DNA of 64,000 bases from the NCBI GenBank assembly GCA_037445065.1, contig JBBILD010000018.1, positions 14,163 through 78,162 of the forward strand, written 5' to 3'. The notes beneath the pieces were generated by a model. That model saw only the letters and a list, made by a program, of their open reading frames with translations, was not told where the DNA came from and made no database searches. Shown here piece after piece: positions 29,506 to 39,990 of this stretch (position 1 is the stretch's first letter; each line of letters begins with the position of its first letter). Source of the DNA: Myxococcales bacterium. GTDB lineage: Bacteria > Desulfobacterota > Binatia > HRBIN30. The translations under genes and the position numbers were made by a program.

Positions 29506-30141
29506 TCAGCATTCCCGCTGGCTTCGCGACGCGCCTGCTTCCTTTTGGCCCTTCAACCCGCGCGCGATCACGTACATTTCGGAGGAGCCCTTCCGAGTCG
29601 CCTCGGGTCGGGTCGTGTCCACATGTGCGAAACGAGCACGCACGCTGCCCACCAGCTCTGGCCAATCCGGGCTCATGAACACCTTCAGGACGAACGTGCC
29701 ACCGGGCCTGAGCCAGCTTTCCGCTAGCTGGATCGCGCGCACAGCGAGTTGCTGGGCTTTCGCCCAATCTCGCTCCCGCACGCCGGAGAGCTTGGGAGCA
29801 ACGTCGCAAAGGACGACGTCAGCCGGGCCACCCAGCACCTCCGACACCCGAGTTTGGATTTCGTCGCTTTGGATATCCCCCTGAACAGTCTTCACCTGGG
29901 GTAGTTTTGGAAACGGCGGAATCGGTTCTGTGTCCACACCTACCACCTTGCCCTCGGGCCCGACGTAGCGCGCACTCACTTCCAGCCAGCCTCCCGGCCA
30001 CGCTCCGAGATCCACAACTCGGTCCCCGCGCCGCAGAATTTTGTACTGCCGTTGGATTTCTTCCAACTTGAACGCGGCGCGCGAGCGCAGCCCGCGCTCT
30101 TTGGCCTCCAGGTAGTATGCGTCCTTGCGGCGATACGCCAT
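29506..30141 (-). CDS. rlmE: 23S rRNA (uridine-2'-O)-methyltransferase RlmE/FtsJ
   Basis: RSRAAFKLEEI, VDLGAWPGGW, DVAPKLSG, FVLKVF, TRKGSSEMY. Confidence 0.95.
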   Translation of the reverse strand: MAYRRKDAYYLEAKERGLRSRAAFKLEEIQRQYKILRRGDRVVDLGAWPGGWLEVSARYVGPEGKVVGVDTEPIPPFPKLPQVKTVQGDIQSDEIQTRVSEVLGGPADVVLCDVAPKLSGVRERDWAKAQQLAVRAIQLAESWLRPGGTFVLKVFMSPDWPELVGSVRARFAHVDTTRPEATRKGSSEMYVIARGLKGQKEAGASRSQREC

Positions 30142-30175
30142 CGATGTACCGGGCCAGTTGGCCGAAGACAGCCAA

Positions 30176-30424
30176 CTAATAGACCCGATTTTCGCCATGC
30201 GGCCGGTGGCCGAAGACTTTCTCCAGGCCAGGTTGGGACACAACCCAGTGCAGCGGGCGGAGGAGAATCCACTCGAGCGCAAAGCCGACTGGGTGGACAA
30301 GATACGCGGCCACGCGCAAGGGATGCCCCTGCGTTTCGTCGTACTCGTCCGCACGTGCCTGCGATGCAGGCGCCTGTGCGAGCAACACGCCGGCGAGCAC
30401 GGCACCAACGAACCAACGCTTCAT
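30176..30424 (-). CDS. Small secreted hypothetical protein
   Basis: AAGGAGG RBS; signal peptide MKRWFVGAVLAGVLLAQAPASQARA; mature HPLRVAAYLVHPVG..EW. Confidence 0.75.
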   Translation of the reverse strand: MKRWFVGAVLAGVLLAQAPASQARADEYDETQGHPLRVAAYLVHPVGFALEWILLRPLHWVVSQPGLEKVFGHRPHGENRVY

Positions 30425-30455
30425 GGCGAACCTCCTTCGCATGTAGGCCTGCAGC

Positions 30456-31298
30456 TTACCTCGTCAAACTGCCAGCGCCAAGCAGCGCTGCTTCTTGCGG
30501 CAGCCGGGCAATCCAACTCAACTGCCGGCCTGTGCGCCCCCCAGAGCGCCGGTGCGAGAAGAAGTCCCCAGCGCGGCACGCGGTGCAGAGGTCCGACAGG
30601 ACGATTCGCTCTGGCGCCACGCCACAACGCAGCAAAAGCTCCCGATTCATGGCGCGCAAGTCGAGGCGGAATACGCCGGTCTCGTCGGGGCCAGCGCAGA
30701 ATTGCTCGAGGCGAACGGCTCGCACCAACTCCATCACCTCCGCGCCTACGCTGTAGCAGCACGGCCCGATCGAAGGGCCAATCGCCGCATGCATCTCGGC
30801 CGGCGCCACAGAAAATCGGCGGGCTAACTCGCGGACCGCGTTGCCACTGGCGTCGGCTACGGTGCCCCGCCATCCAGCATGCACGGCTGCCACAGCTCGC
30901 CCGTCCCCAGCAGCGAGCAAGACGGGCACACAGTCCGCTGTGAGTACACAGAGGGCGACGCCGGGCAAGTCCGTGATCATGGCGTCGCAGGGACCAAGGC
31001 GCTCCGCGCTGAGCTCATGCACCGTCTCGACCTTGGCGCCGTGCACCTGTCGCATTGTGACCCAGCGCCGCACCTGCGGGAAGGCGCTGCGTACGGTCCG
31101 CCAATTCGCCTCCACTGAACCTGGGTCATCTCCCACTTCGAACGAGAGGTTGAGCGATGCAAACGGCCCCGAACTCGTTCCACCGCGGCGCCCGAGGAAT
31201 GAGAAGACCGCCCCGGATCCCTCGCCTTCCCGAGAAAGCAGAAACGGCTCGCACGAAAGTTGCCCAGGCTGTTCGATCAAACCCGCTCGGAGCAACAC
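30456..31298 (-). CDS. pgeF: YfiH/PgeF (DUF152) laccase-domain protein / purine nucleoside phosphorylase
   Basis: SLNLS..VGDD, QVHG, DAMIT, TADCVPVL, HAGWRG, IGPSIGPCCY, FFSHRR. Confidence 0.93.
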   Translation of the reverse strand: MLLRAGLIEQPGQLSCEPFLLSREGEGSGAVFSFLGRRGGTSSGPFASLNLSFEVGDDPGSVEANWRTVRSAFPQVRRWVTMRQVHGAKVETVHELSAERLGPCDAMITDLPGVALCVLTADCVPVLLAAGDGRAVAAVHAGWRGTVADASGNAVRELARRFSVAPAEMHAAIGPSIGPCCYSVGAEVMELVRAVRLEQFCAGPDETGVFRLDLRAMNRELLLRCGVAPERIVLSDLCTACRAGDFFSHRRSGGRTGRQLSWIARLPQEAALLGAGSLTR

Positions 31299-32752
31299 GC
31301 CCGAATCAACTCCCGCACCTGAGCTGCGTTTAAGTCTTCGATGTGGAAGATCATGTCCACCGCCTTCTCCATTCGCTCCTTCCGCAACGTGTAGCGAGTC
31401 TCACGGCGAAACTTGTCTTCAACGTGCTTGCGGCGGTCATCGAACGGGCGGCCATACGCAGCAAAGGGCACCTCTTGCTCCGCTTCGAATGTGCGCCCGT
31501 TTTCGAGCTCGATTTGCACCCTCGCTCCGAATGCCATGCGTGCGGCCTGCAAGATCCGCGCATCCCAAATCAGCGTCGGCTGGCTCCCGGGCCGGGTGGG
31601 GTCGGGGCGCAGCGGGCTGCTTTCCTGCAGGCGTTGCGTGAAGCGGTCATCTACCTCGAGGTGCACGCGGCTCGCCAAGGACCAGGTGGCTGCGTCGTGG
31701 ATGCGCTCGGGTAAAAACTGCCGAGCCGTGAGTTCCTTATCCAGCAAGGCGGCAGCGACAGAGTACGCCAAGCTGAAATTCAGCGTCACGGGTAAGCTCT
31801 CTTGGCCCCGCAAGTACGGGGCGCTCCAAGCCTCCATCCCCAGGGTCAATGGGGTAGCAGCAATGCGCACCGCTTTGACTTTCCGGCCATCAATGTTGTG
31901 CTGGCGCTGCAGGGAGAGGACGCAATCCAGCGCGGCATCAATGTAGGCACAACCTGGGTAGATTTTGTACGACAAGGTTTCCGTCAGCCACAGTTGGCCC
32001 AGAGTCGCAAATGCCGGGCGCAGCGGGTGAACAGCGAACAGCCTTTCGAAGCCATCGTCCCCCTCCCACGTATCTGTAGGAGCACGCAAGCCATGGGCAG
32101 CGAATTGCGCCGCCTGAACACCGGAAATCACGTTGCTCGCTGCCAATAACGCTTTGCCTTCGGTACCGAAAAAACCCGCGCGCAGCGGGTGCGGCGGTTG
32201 CACGAAGGCCAAGTTTAGTGCCGCTGCAGTTTTTTCCTCATCCAATCCTTGCAACCGCGCGGTCACCGCAGCGCCATTGGCCAAGTGGAGGAAGCTCCAC
32301 ATCTGCCCGTTCAACGGCCCTCCCAAGCACACTGCACCAAGGCGCCCTCCGATCTCATTGGCCACGATTTGCGCCACCAGAACTTCGCGGCCCGAACCGT
32401 TGTAGACCTCCGCGGCCGCCAAACTCCCCAGTACTGCAGAGTGGCCGGTGTGCCCGGCGAACAAGTAATCGTCATAATCGAGTGCCATGCCGAGCGCGGC
32501 GTTGGCCAAGAGGGCGTGGTGAAAAGACGCCTTCTCGCCCGCGGGCACCAGGGTGGCGTCCTTGCCCGACGCCCACTCCCGAACCGTGCGGCTCACCGCA
32601 CGGCCGGGTTCAGAGAAGTGCCCTGCGTGCACCGCAGCGATCATGCTGAGGATTTGGTTTTTCGCCTCCTCCACGATTCGCCGCGGGATCGACTCGAAGC
32701 GAAGCCCGCACAGCCACTGGGCAATGTGTTGGGTCACGGACTCATTCGACAT
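31277..32752 (-). CDS. MmgE/PrpD family protein
   Basis: ANAALGMALDYDD, HTGHSAV, YKIYPGC, FSLAYSVAAAL; ATG 32752. Confidence 0.88.
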   Translation of the reverse strand: MSNESVTQHIAQWLCGLRFESIPRRIVEEAKNQILSMIAAVHAGHFSEPGRAVSRTVREWASGKDATLVPAGEKASFHHALLANAALGMALDYDDYLFAGHTGHSAVLGSLAAAEVYNGSGREVLVAQIVANEIGGRLGAVCLGGPLNGQMWSFLHLANGAAVTARLQGLDEEKTAAALNLAFVQPPHPLRAGFFGTEGKALLAASNVISGVQAAQFAAHGLRAPTDTWEGDDGFERLFAVHPLRPAFATLGQLWLTETLSYKIYPGCAYIDAALDCVLSLQRQHNIDGRKVKAVRIAATPLTLGMEAWSAPYLRGQESLPVTLNFSLAYSVAAALLDKELTARQFLPERIHDAATWSLASRVHLEVDDRFTQRLQESSPLRPDPTRPGSQPTLIWDARILQAARMAFGARVQIELENGRTFEAEQEVPFAAYGRPFDDRRKHVEDKFRRETRYTLRKERMEKAVDMIFHIEDLNAAQVRELIRACCSERV

Positions 32753-32982
32753 CTCTGTTCCCACCGCTTTCTCACGCTCTGCCGTCTTTGCCGTTGTACA
32801 AGAAACCGCCGCAGCCTCGCCAGTGCAAATTCGGACCAAAGGCCCCGAAGCGGGACTTCTCCTCCCTGAACTTACGCTTTCGCAGCCCCAGCGCCGTGCG
32901 CTTGGCGGGGCGAACCCTAGCGCCGCATCGCAGGCGCCCCAAAGACCCGCGTGCCAGGCTCGCAAATTAGGCCGCGCCCACC

Positions 32983-33375
32983 TCACGAGTTTCGCGATTC
33001 TGGCCGTTGCTCAGCGACCAAAGACTGAACGCAGTCTGCGACCTCACCGATACTGACCGGGCGACGCAACAACCGGGCTCCGCTGAGGTCGCGTAACCAC
33101 GGCTCGTTCCGCTCGGTTTCGCCAACGACGACCACCACACGCACACCAGAGGCAGAGAGGGCGCGTACCATTGCGGGTTCAGGTTCGAGGTCGCGTGCGT
33201 CCATCACAAGCACGACGGGAGTTGGACGAAACAGGCGGTAGAGATCCACCACGGCAGCGCTGAGGTCTTCGTAGCCACGCGCGTCCAAACCACGCTCTGC
33301 TAGCTCTGCGACCAGTAACGCCCGCGGCCACTGCTCGCGGCTAACGACCCAGACGCGCGCTCCCTCGTGTTCCAT
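32983..33375 (-). CDS. Stand-alone atypical receiver (CheY-like) domain protein
   Basis: Beta/alpha pattern with LVMD at the phosphoacceptor position and RRP in place of KP; GGAG RBS. Confidence 0.6.
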   Translation of the reverse strand: MEHEGARVWVVSREQWPRALLVAELAERGLDARGYEDLSAAVVDLYRLFRPTPVVLVMDARDLEPEPAMVRALSASGVRVVVVVGETERNEPWLRDLSGARLLRRPVSIGEVADCVQSLVAEQRPESRNS

Positions 33376-33441
33376 CTCCGCGAGCCACCTTCACAGCCGG
33401 TCTTTGGTCCGGCTTCGACACGCGGACTCCGCCCCGCGTTT

Positions 33442-33927
33442 CTATGCCGCTCCGCGCATCAAACGAGGGAGTGCGCGGCGGAGGCAGCGGTAAATCTCGT
33501 TTTTGGCAAAGAGGTACGCGTCCTCTTCTCGGCCGAATGGATCGTCAATGTCGCCGCGTTCGCCGGCAAACTCCTTGAGAGTAAGCACTGGCTTGCCATC
33601 CGCTTCTGGGAACCCTTGGCGCAGCATCCGCACCTGCTCCTCTGTCATGGCAAGGATGAGGTCCGCCTCCGCCACCAGGTGGCGGTTTCGTTTCAAGTCC
33701 GTGGAAACAACCGTCTCCCCAAGCTCGATGCCTTCGTCGCGCAGAACCAACCGCGCCTCGAGAGAAACCAGCGCGCCGTCGCGTGCATACGCGGCGATGC
33801 CGCCCGAGCGAACTTGCCAGGAGTCCCCCAGAGAGTGCTCGCGCAAAAGCTTTCGAAGGAGTTCCTGCGCAATGACGCTGCGGCAGGTGTTGGCGTGGCA
33901 AACGAACAGAACCGTGCGGCAAGCCAT
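33442..33927 (-). CDS. Low-molecular-weight protein phosphatase (YwlE/PtpA family)
   Basis: P-loop LFVCHANTCRS, ADLILAM, DIDDPFG. Confidence 0.9.
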   Translation of the reverse strand: MACRTVLFVCHANTCRSVIAQELLRKLLREHSLGDSWQVRSGGIAAYARDGALVSLEARLVLRDEGIELGETVVSTDLKRNRHLVAEADLILAMTEEQVRMLRQGFPEADGKPVLTLKEFAGERGDIDDPFGREEDAYLFAKNEIYRCLRRALPRLMRGAA

Positions 33928-33982
33928 AAAAATCGAACGGGGCGGCACCGCGTCGTGCCGCCCCGTTCGCTGACAAACGGTC

Positions 33983-34930
33983 TCAGCCTTGTAACACTCC
34001 GGCCAGGATCCGCCCCATGTCTTCCTTCGCGGTGAGGCCCTTGGCAAGCTCCGCTTTGAGAGCTTGCCCCAGCTCGGCGGCGTCCCACAACGCTCGCTTC
34101 GATACTTGGCCTACCGTGTGCCACCCTTTCATCAGCCACACGGTGCCGGCGCCGACACGAAAGACTTCGCCATGGACATTTGCTGCGTCGTCACTCGCCA
34201 GCCAAGCCACCAGCGGCGCCACGTGTGCCGGAGAGAACGGATCGAACTCTCCCTCCTTCGGCTGTTGCCCCATAATCGCCGCGGTCGACGGGGTGGCATC
34301 CACCGTCAAGCGGGTGCGGGCGATAGGAGCAATGGCGTTGGCCGTCACCCCGTACTTTTGCATCTCTTTGTCAATGATGATCGCCAGCGCAGCAACCGCC
34401 GCCTTAGCCGAGCCGTAGTTGGACTGCCCAACGTTCCCCAGCAGTCCGGCATCGGAGGAAGTGTTGATCAGCCGCCCGTTCAGGACATTTCCCTTCTTAT
34501 GCTCTTCCCGCCAGTACTCACAAGCATGCCGGGCAAGATTGAAGGAACCTTTCAAGTGGACCGCAATAACCGCGTCCCAGTCTTCTTCGGACATGTTGAA
34601 AATCATGCGGTCACGCAAAATTCCCGCATTATTCACAACGATATTGAGCTTACCGAAATGATCCAGGGCGCATTCGATGATTCGCTTGGCGCCTTTGAAG
34701 TCGGCGACGTTTTCCCCGTTCGCTACCGCGTCGCCGCCCATTTGCTTGATTTCGGAAACGACCTGTTGGGCAGGAGTATCTGTCGGATTTCCCGAGCCGT
34801 CAAAGTGCGCACCCAGGTCGTTTACGACCACCTTGGCGCCGAGTTTGGCCATCAGCAGTGCTTCTTCGCGGCCGATGCCGCGCCCCGAACCAGTAATGAT
34901 CGCCACTTTGCCTTCTAACAATCGTGCCAT
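33983..34930 (-). CDS. SDR oxidoreductase, MFE-2 (3R)-hydroxyacyl-CoA dehydrogenase-like
   Basis: TGSGRGIG, VVVNDLG, NNAGILRDR, GNVGQSNYGSAK, VAPLVAWLAS; AAAAGGAGG RBS. Confidence 0.93.
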   Translation of the reverse strand: MARLLEGKVAIITGSGRGIGREEALLMAKLGAKVVVNDLGAHFDGSGNPTDTPAQQVVSEIKQMGGDAVANGENVADFKGAKRIIECALDHFGKLNIVVNNAGILRDRMIFNMSEEDWDAVIAVHLKGSFNLARHACEYWREEHKKGNVLNGRLINTSSDAGLLGNVGQSNYGSAKAAVAALAIIIDKEMQKYGVTANAIAPIARTRLTVDATPSTAAIMGQQPKEGEFDPFSPAHVAPLVAWLASDDAANVHGEVFRVGAGTVWLMKGWHTVGQVSKRALWDAAELGQALKAELAKGLTAKEDMGRILAGVLQG

Positions 34931-35024
34931 AACATCCTCCTTTTCGAACTGGCGGGCCGCCCGCTTGCCTGCGCTCTTTGGGCAACCGTTTGGACAGCGA
35001 AACGCAAAGTATCACTCCTCAAAA

Positions 35025-35040
35025 ACAAGTTCTTGTCAAG
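35025..35040. promoter_or_regulatory. Palindrome ACAAG-TT-CTTGT overlapping a TTGACA -35-like hexamer upstream of the SDR
   Basis: ACAAGTTCTTGTCAAG; minus strand reads TTGACAAGAACTTGT. Confidence 0.4.
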
Positions 35041-35067
35041 TAAAGCGCGCGCCCTGCAGATTTCCAT

Positions 35068-35096
35068 TTGCACGCTGGCCCGGGGCCGCGTATAGC
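35068..35096 (+). promoter_or_regulatory. Sigma70-type promoter for the small ORF
   Basis: TTGCAC (35068-73), 17-nt spacer, TATAGC (35091-96). Confidence 0.55.
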
Positions 35097-35152
35097 TAGG
35101 GCCGGCGATTGAATCCATTTCAAACGATATTGGTTCGGCGTTCGAGGGTCGC

Positions 35153-35302
35153 ATGCGGCAGTTTTTCTGGGGAATCGTTTGTGGACTTGCATTTTGGTAC
35201 GCCTACGAGCGAATCGATCCCGCCGGCGTTCTAGCTTATCTCAACGAGGCCACCGAATCGGCGGTCCGTTCCACCCACGGGTACGCAGGCGGGCGGCGTT
35301 GA
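35153..35302 (+). CDS. 49-aa single-TM small protein (not in ORF track)
   Basis: MRQFFWGIVCGLAFWYAYERIDPAGVLAYLNEATESAVRSTHGYAGGRR*; GAGGG RBS; promoter upstream. Confidence 0.65.
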   Translation: MRQFFWGIVCGLAFWYAYERIDPAGVLAYLNEATESAVRSTHGYAGGRR

Positions 35303-36210
35303 GGGTAGCGGGCCACGGTGGTAGCCCCGCATCCGGAACGGAGGGCTTTCTTTAACACGGCACGCGCTTCGGCCTCGGAGAGGCGGCCCTGGTTACGAAG
35401 GAGCCGTAGCGCACTTGCCACGCAAATGCCGTAGGCCCGCCGCGAGGTCCAATTACGGCCGTCCCGCCCATCGCACGGGCAAAGCTGTTCAACAGAACAG
35501 CCTGCGTCAGTGCGGAGCGCTCCGGTTGGCGTGTCCGCACAAACGTCGCACGCATCACCCACACCGTCCGCGTCCTGGTCCTGCTGCGCGAGGTTTGCAA
35601 GGCGCGGACAGTTGTCGCTGCGGTCAGCAACTCCATCCCCGTCTGCGTCCATCACCAGGGCACCGCTCTCCCGCCGCGCTTTGAGCTGAAGCAGCCACAC
35701 TGTCCCGCCTGGAGCGCGAGCGGAGAGGATGATCGCAAACTCCGGCGGCAAACCTTCCCCTCGCGTCTCTATCGGCTGTCGCCGGCCACTGGTAAAGCGC
35801 CAGCTTTGTCCGTGCCCCTCGAGCTGGAGGACCATGGCATGGCGGCCAAGATCGGTCATTTGCCAGAAACCGTGGCCCGCCAGAAGCAGTGTTGGCGTTC
35901 TCACCTCGGCTGCAGTGACTGCAAACACGCCGGCGGCCCCAAACGCAGGAGGGAGCGGAGTCACTTCCAGGTAACCGGCCACGCCTTCTCGACGGATGTG
36001 CCGCGAGGTACAGGTCTGGCAACTCCGCAGGAGTTCGCTTCCGTACACCAGTTCATAGCGGACCCAGTCGGCCAGGGCGGCCTGGGAGACGATGGCAACA
36101 AGCGCGCCCCCCACGAGCCAGGCTAGTGAGCATCGCAGCCTCGCTGCAACGCGCTCAACCAGCGCAGCCGAATCGTCACGCGGGGGCGTGCTGGCTTCCG
36201 TGAGGAACAT
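35236..36210 (-). CDS. Secreted protein with thrombospondin type-3 Ca-binding repeats and Cys-rich C-terminus
   Basis: DADGDGVADRSDNCP..AN..QQDQDADGVGDACDVC..TP; GCSVEQLCPC; signal-like segment. Start uncertain. Confidence 0.75.
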   Translation of the reverse strand: MFLTEASTPPRDDSAALVERVAARLRCSLAWLVGGALVAIVSQAALADWVRYELVYGSELLRSCQTCTSRHIRREGVAGYLEVTPLPPAFGAAGVFAVTAAEVRTPTLLLAGHGFWQMTDLGRHAMVLQLEGHGQSWRFTSGRRQPIETRGEGLPPEFAIILSARAPGGTVWLLQLKARRESGALVMDADGDGVADRSDNCPRLANLAQQDQDADGVGDACDVCADTPTGALRTDAGCSVEQLCPCDGRDGRNWTSRRAYGICVASALRLLRNQGRLSEAEARAVLKKALRSGCGATTVARYPQRRPPAYPWVERTADSVASLR

Positions 36211-36241
36211 GCTTTCCAGAACAACTGGCGGTTGGCGCCAG

Positions 36242-36655
36242 TCAGAACGGGATATCGTCTTCCTCCGGGGCAAGTGGAGGTTCGCCGGGCGGAACCGAAG
36301 CGGCCGTGTCCTGCGCTCGACCTGCGGTCCCAGGGCCTCCGAGGAAGCGCACCGTTTGTGCGATGATCTCCACTACCGTGCGCTTGTTTCCGTCCTTGTC
36401 GTCGTACGTGCGACTCTGGATCCGGCCCTCGACATACACTTGGCGCCCCTTCGCCAAATACTGGCCGCAACTCTCCGCTTGCTTCCCCCACACCACGACG
36501 TTGTGCCACTCAGTGCGCTCTTGTGGTTGCCCTTGTTGATCCCGCCATCGCTCCGTGGTCGCCACCGACAAGCGAGCAACCGCCTGGCCGCTCGGCGTGA
36601 AGCGAACTTCTGGATCCCTGCCCAAGTTTCCGATGAGAATAACTTTGTTCACCAC
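36242..36655 (-). CDS. ssb: Single-stranded DNA-binding protein
   Basis: [34 protein letters not shown]-terminal DDIPF. Confidence 0.97.
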   Translation of the reverse strand: MVNKVILIGNLGRDPEVRFTPSGQAVARLSVATTERWRDQQGQPQERTEWHNVVVWGKQAESCGQYLAKGRQVYVEGRIQSRTYDDKDGNKRTVVEIIAQTVRFLGGPGTAGRAQDTAASVPPGEPPLAPEEDDIPF

Positions 36656-36766
36656 AATGTCTGGTCTTTATCAGAAAATTCGTCAAGTTGTCAACCGAGT
36701 GCGAGAAAAGGAAACGGGTCCGGGCGAACTCACCCGGACCCGCCTCCCGAACGGTAGCGCGACGGG

Positions 36767-38269
36767 TCAGCCCTCCGCCCTGGCTGGTGCCGTTGCCACG
36801 CCGAATGCGGGCACTCCCATTCCCTGCCGCGGGCCACCGCCACTGGGGCGCGCACCCGTTCCCACGTTGGCAAGCTGGAAGTCGGGATAAGCCGTGATGC
36901 CGTGCTCCCCAATGTCCAGCCCTTCGATTTCCTCCTCCGGGCTGACGCGCAAGCCGAGCAGCACCTTGACGATCAGCCAAGCCACCAGCGAAACGCCAAA
37001 CGTGTACGCGCCAACCGCAGCCACACCGACGAGCTGCGCCCAGAGTTGTGCAAATCCGCCACCAAAGAAGAGACCATTGGCCGGGCCCGTGACCGGAGCA
37101 ATCGAAGAGTCCGCGAACAGCCCCACCGCAAGTGTGCCGAACACCCCGCACACAAGGTGAACGGACAACGCTCCCACCGGGTCATCGATCTTCCAGCGGT
37201 CGAACAACAGCACCGAAATCACCACGAGTACGCCAGCGATCAAACCGATGATCAAAGAGCTACCCACGCTGACCCACGCACACGGAGCCGTAATTGCCAC
37301 TAGCCCGGCCAAGCAGCCGTTCAGAATCATCGAAAGATCGGGCTTGCCGAGGAGCAGCATGGCGGTAAGCAGGGCACTGAGCGAGGCAGCCGCAGCCGCA
37401 GTGTTGGTTGTGACGCAGATGTGTGCAATCGCTTTTGGGTCCAGTGCCATGGTGCTGCCGGGATTGAATCCAAACCACCCAAGCCACAAAACGAACACAC
37501 CGATGGTTGCGGAGGTCATGTTATGCCCGGGGATCGGATACACTCTCCCGTCGCGACCGTACTTGCCAATGCGGGGGCCGAGCAACAGCACGCCGGCTAA
37601 CGCCGCCCAACCCCCAACGGAGTGCACCACGGTGGAGCCGGCAAAGTCCCACATTCCCAAGTTCGCTAACCAGCCTCCGCCCCAAATCCAGTGGCCGGTG
37701 ACAGGATACAGCAGTCCGACCATCACGAAGGAAAAGACCACGAACGACAAGAACTTGATCCGTTCCGCCACCGCGCCTGACACAATCGTGGCGGCGGTGC
37801 CAGCAAACACGAGCTGAAAGAAAAACTTGGCCCAGAGGGGCACTGTCGCCCAGGCGATCGCCGAGTACGCGCCTGAGTACCCGTCACCCGTCGCCGGACT
37901 ATTGTCCGGACCGCCTACGAACCACACTCCTTCCGTACCCACAAAGCCGTTGCCGTTGCCGAACATCAAGCCCCACCCAAACAGAAGAAACGCCAAAGAC
38001 GATACGCCGAATACGATGAAGTTCTTGGCGAGAATGTTCACGGCGTTTTTGGCGCGGCACAGGCCGCTCTCTACCATTGCAAAGCCAAGGTTCATGAAGA
38101 ACACGAGCATAGCGGCAACCAGCGTCCACATGGTGTCCATCATGACCTTGGGGCTGGAGAACAGGTCAGGCAGCGGTTCGGTTTCTGCCCACGCCGCCAC
38201 CGCCAGTGACGACAGGAGGACGGCCACCGCCGCAATCGTCGCTTTTCTCAAACAAGTTTTCTGGTCCAT
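36767..38269 (-). CDS. amtB: Ammonium transporter
   Basis: FFMNLGFAMVESG, FQLVFA..ATIVSGAVAER, DFAGSTVVH, WLGWFGFNPGS, DDPVGALSVH. Confidence 0.96.
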   Translation of the reverse strand: MDQKTCLRKATIAAVAVLLSSLAVAAWAETEPLPDLFSSPKVMMDTMWTLVAAMLVFFMNLGFAMVESGLCRAKNAVNILAKNFIVFGVSSLAFLLFGWGLMFGNGNGFVGTEGVWFVGGPDNSPATGDGYSGAYSAIAWATVPLWAKFFFQLVFAGTAATIVSGAVAERIKFLSFVVFSFVMVGLLYPVTGHWIWGGGWLANLGMWDFAGSTVVHSVGGWAALAGVLLLGPRIGKYGRDGRVYPIPGHNMTSATIGVFVLWLGWFGFNPGSTMALDPKAIAHICVTTNTAAAAASLSALLTAMLLLGKPDLSMILNGCLAGLVAITAPCAWVSVGSSLIIGLIAGVLVVISVLLFDRWKIDDPVGALSVHLVCGVFGTLAVGLFADSSIAPVTGPANGLFFGGGFAQLWAQLVGVAAVGAYTFGVSLVAWLIVKVLLGLRVSPEEEIEGLDIGEHGITAYPDFQLANVGTGARPSGGGPRQGMGVPAFGVATAPARAEG

Positions 38270-38291
38270 GGATGATCTCCTCGAAGTGCGT

Positions 38292-38657
<366 letters not shown>

Positions 38658-39950
38658 TCAGAACGAGTAAATCAGTTGGCTGAGGATCTGGTCCTGGCCA
38701 CGGTTCAAGTTGCCGTCGTGGTCGAACACTTTCTTATCGGCTTGATCGTGACGGTACTCGATCCGCCACAGGAGGCCATCACTGACCTGGTACGCGATCG
38801 TGGGGGTAATGCTCCAGGCCGTGATACCCGTCGGTGCGCTCGCCAGGGCAAAGCGGGAACCATCCGTGTCATCGAAAACCTCGCCGCGCAGTACCAACTG
38901 CAGATCCTCGTTGAATTGCAGCGTTGCGTAGGCAGCCCCGCCGTACCATTCCGCGGTTGCGGTGGGATCTGTAAACTTCGCGTCCTCTTCGCTCCCGTAC
39001 GTGAGTTCGCCGTTCAGTGTCACGAGTTCGTGCGGCTTCAGGGTAAGGACAACGGTTGACAGCCCCCGCTTGGAGTGGCCGTTGTTGTTCTGTTCCGGCC
39101 CGTAAATTCCAGCGATGTACGCGCTGAACAGCTCCGACGGCGTCAACGAAATCCCGCCGTGGACGCTCTTGCCATCGTTGTTGTCCACGACGTTGTCCCA
39201 TCCGTTCACGACACCGAGGTCCACGCTCAGGACACTGTTGAACGGCACCGTCAGCATGATGCCTGTGTGGGTGAAGGGAATCCCGAACCCGAAGTTAAAC
39301 GAGCGCGTGATATTGAGGTTGTGCCCATCGTAGTTCTCGATGATTTCCAGGCCGTGGCGGGTCACGAATTTCCCTGCCGCAAGCACGAGTCCCTCGCCCA
39401 CCGGGAGCCGGTAGGTAAGGAAGGCTTCGCGAAGCTCGACGGAGTTCGTGCGCTCGGTCGTGCTGCTGTTGCTCCAGTTGGTCACACCGCCCACGACCTC
39501 GGCAACCTTGCCAAAGTCCAGATTTGCCACAAACCCGACCGGCTCCTCCGCCTTGGTCCGGGAGAGCCGCAAATTGAATTGGTCGAGCTGAAACGAATTC
39601 GCGTCCGGATGGAAAACCGCCAGACCGTTCGCTTTTGAATCGGGGCTATTGGTGTTGTAGTTGTAACTGCCAGCCACAAAACCGTGCAGTTCCACACCGA
39701 GCAATTCGCTCAGCCGCTCCCTCGCGCCTCTCACCTCTTGTTCCACGTTCGACACCCGTTCCGCGAGTGAGGCAGCGCCCTGGCCCTTGCGCTCCTGTAG
39801 CTCCAGCTTCCGCTCCAGTGCGCGAACGCGTTGCTCCAATTCCGCCTCCGTGCTGCCGGCGCGTGCACTGGCTGACGCCAGCAAGAGGAGCGCTGCGCCC
39901 GCGTACGCTGAACCCACCCTCACAATGCGTCGCTCGATTTTCGCCATCAT
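38658..39950 (-). CDS. Outer-membrane beta-barrel porin (BBP2/DUF1597-like) with N-terminal coiled coil
   Basis: Signal peptide, coiled coil, GKF.T..G.E, FGIPFTHTG, NGWD, EYRHD, C-terminal YSF. Confidence 0.82.
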   Translation of the reverse strand: MMAKIERRIVRVGSAYAGAALLLLASASARAGSTEAELEQRVRALERKLELQERKGQGAASLAERVSNVEQEVRGARERLSELLGVELHGFVAGSYNYNTNSPDSKANGLAVFHPDANSFQLDQFNLRLSRTKAEEPVGFVANLDFGKVAEVVGGVTNWSNSSTTERTNSVELREAFLTYRLPVGEGLVLAAGKFVTRHGLEIIENYDGHNLNITRSFNFGFGIPFTHTGIMLTVPFNSVLSVDLGVVNGWDNVVDNNDGKSVHGGISLTPSELFSAYIAGIYGPEQNNNGHSKRGLSTVVLTLKPHELVTLNGELTYGSEEDAKFTDPTATAEWYGGAAYATLQFNEDLQLVLRGEVFDDTDGSRFALASAPTGITAWSITPTIAYQVSDGLLWRIEYRHDQADKKVFDHDGNLNRGQDQILSQLIYSF

Positions 39951-39990
39951 CCGTGTCCCCTTTCGTTCCGAGAAGTTGCCCGCGACCGCG

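Noticed and set aside
37748..37757. CAAGAACTTG palindrome
   Set aside because: Inside the amtB coding sequence; treated as a chance occurrence.
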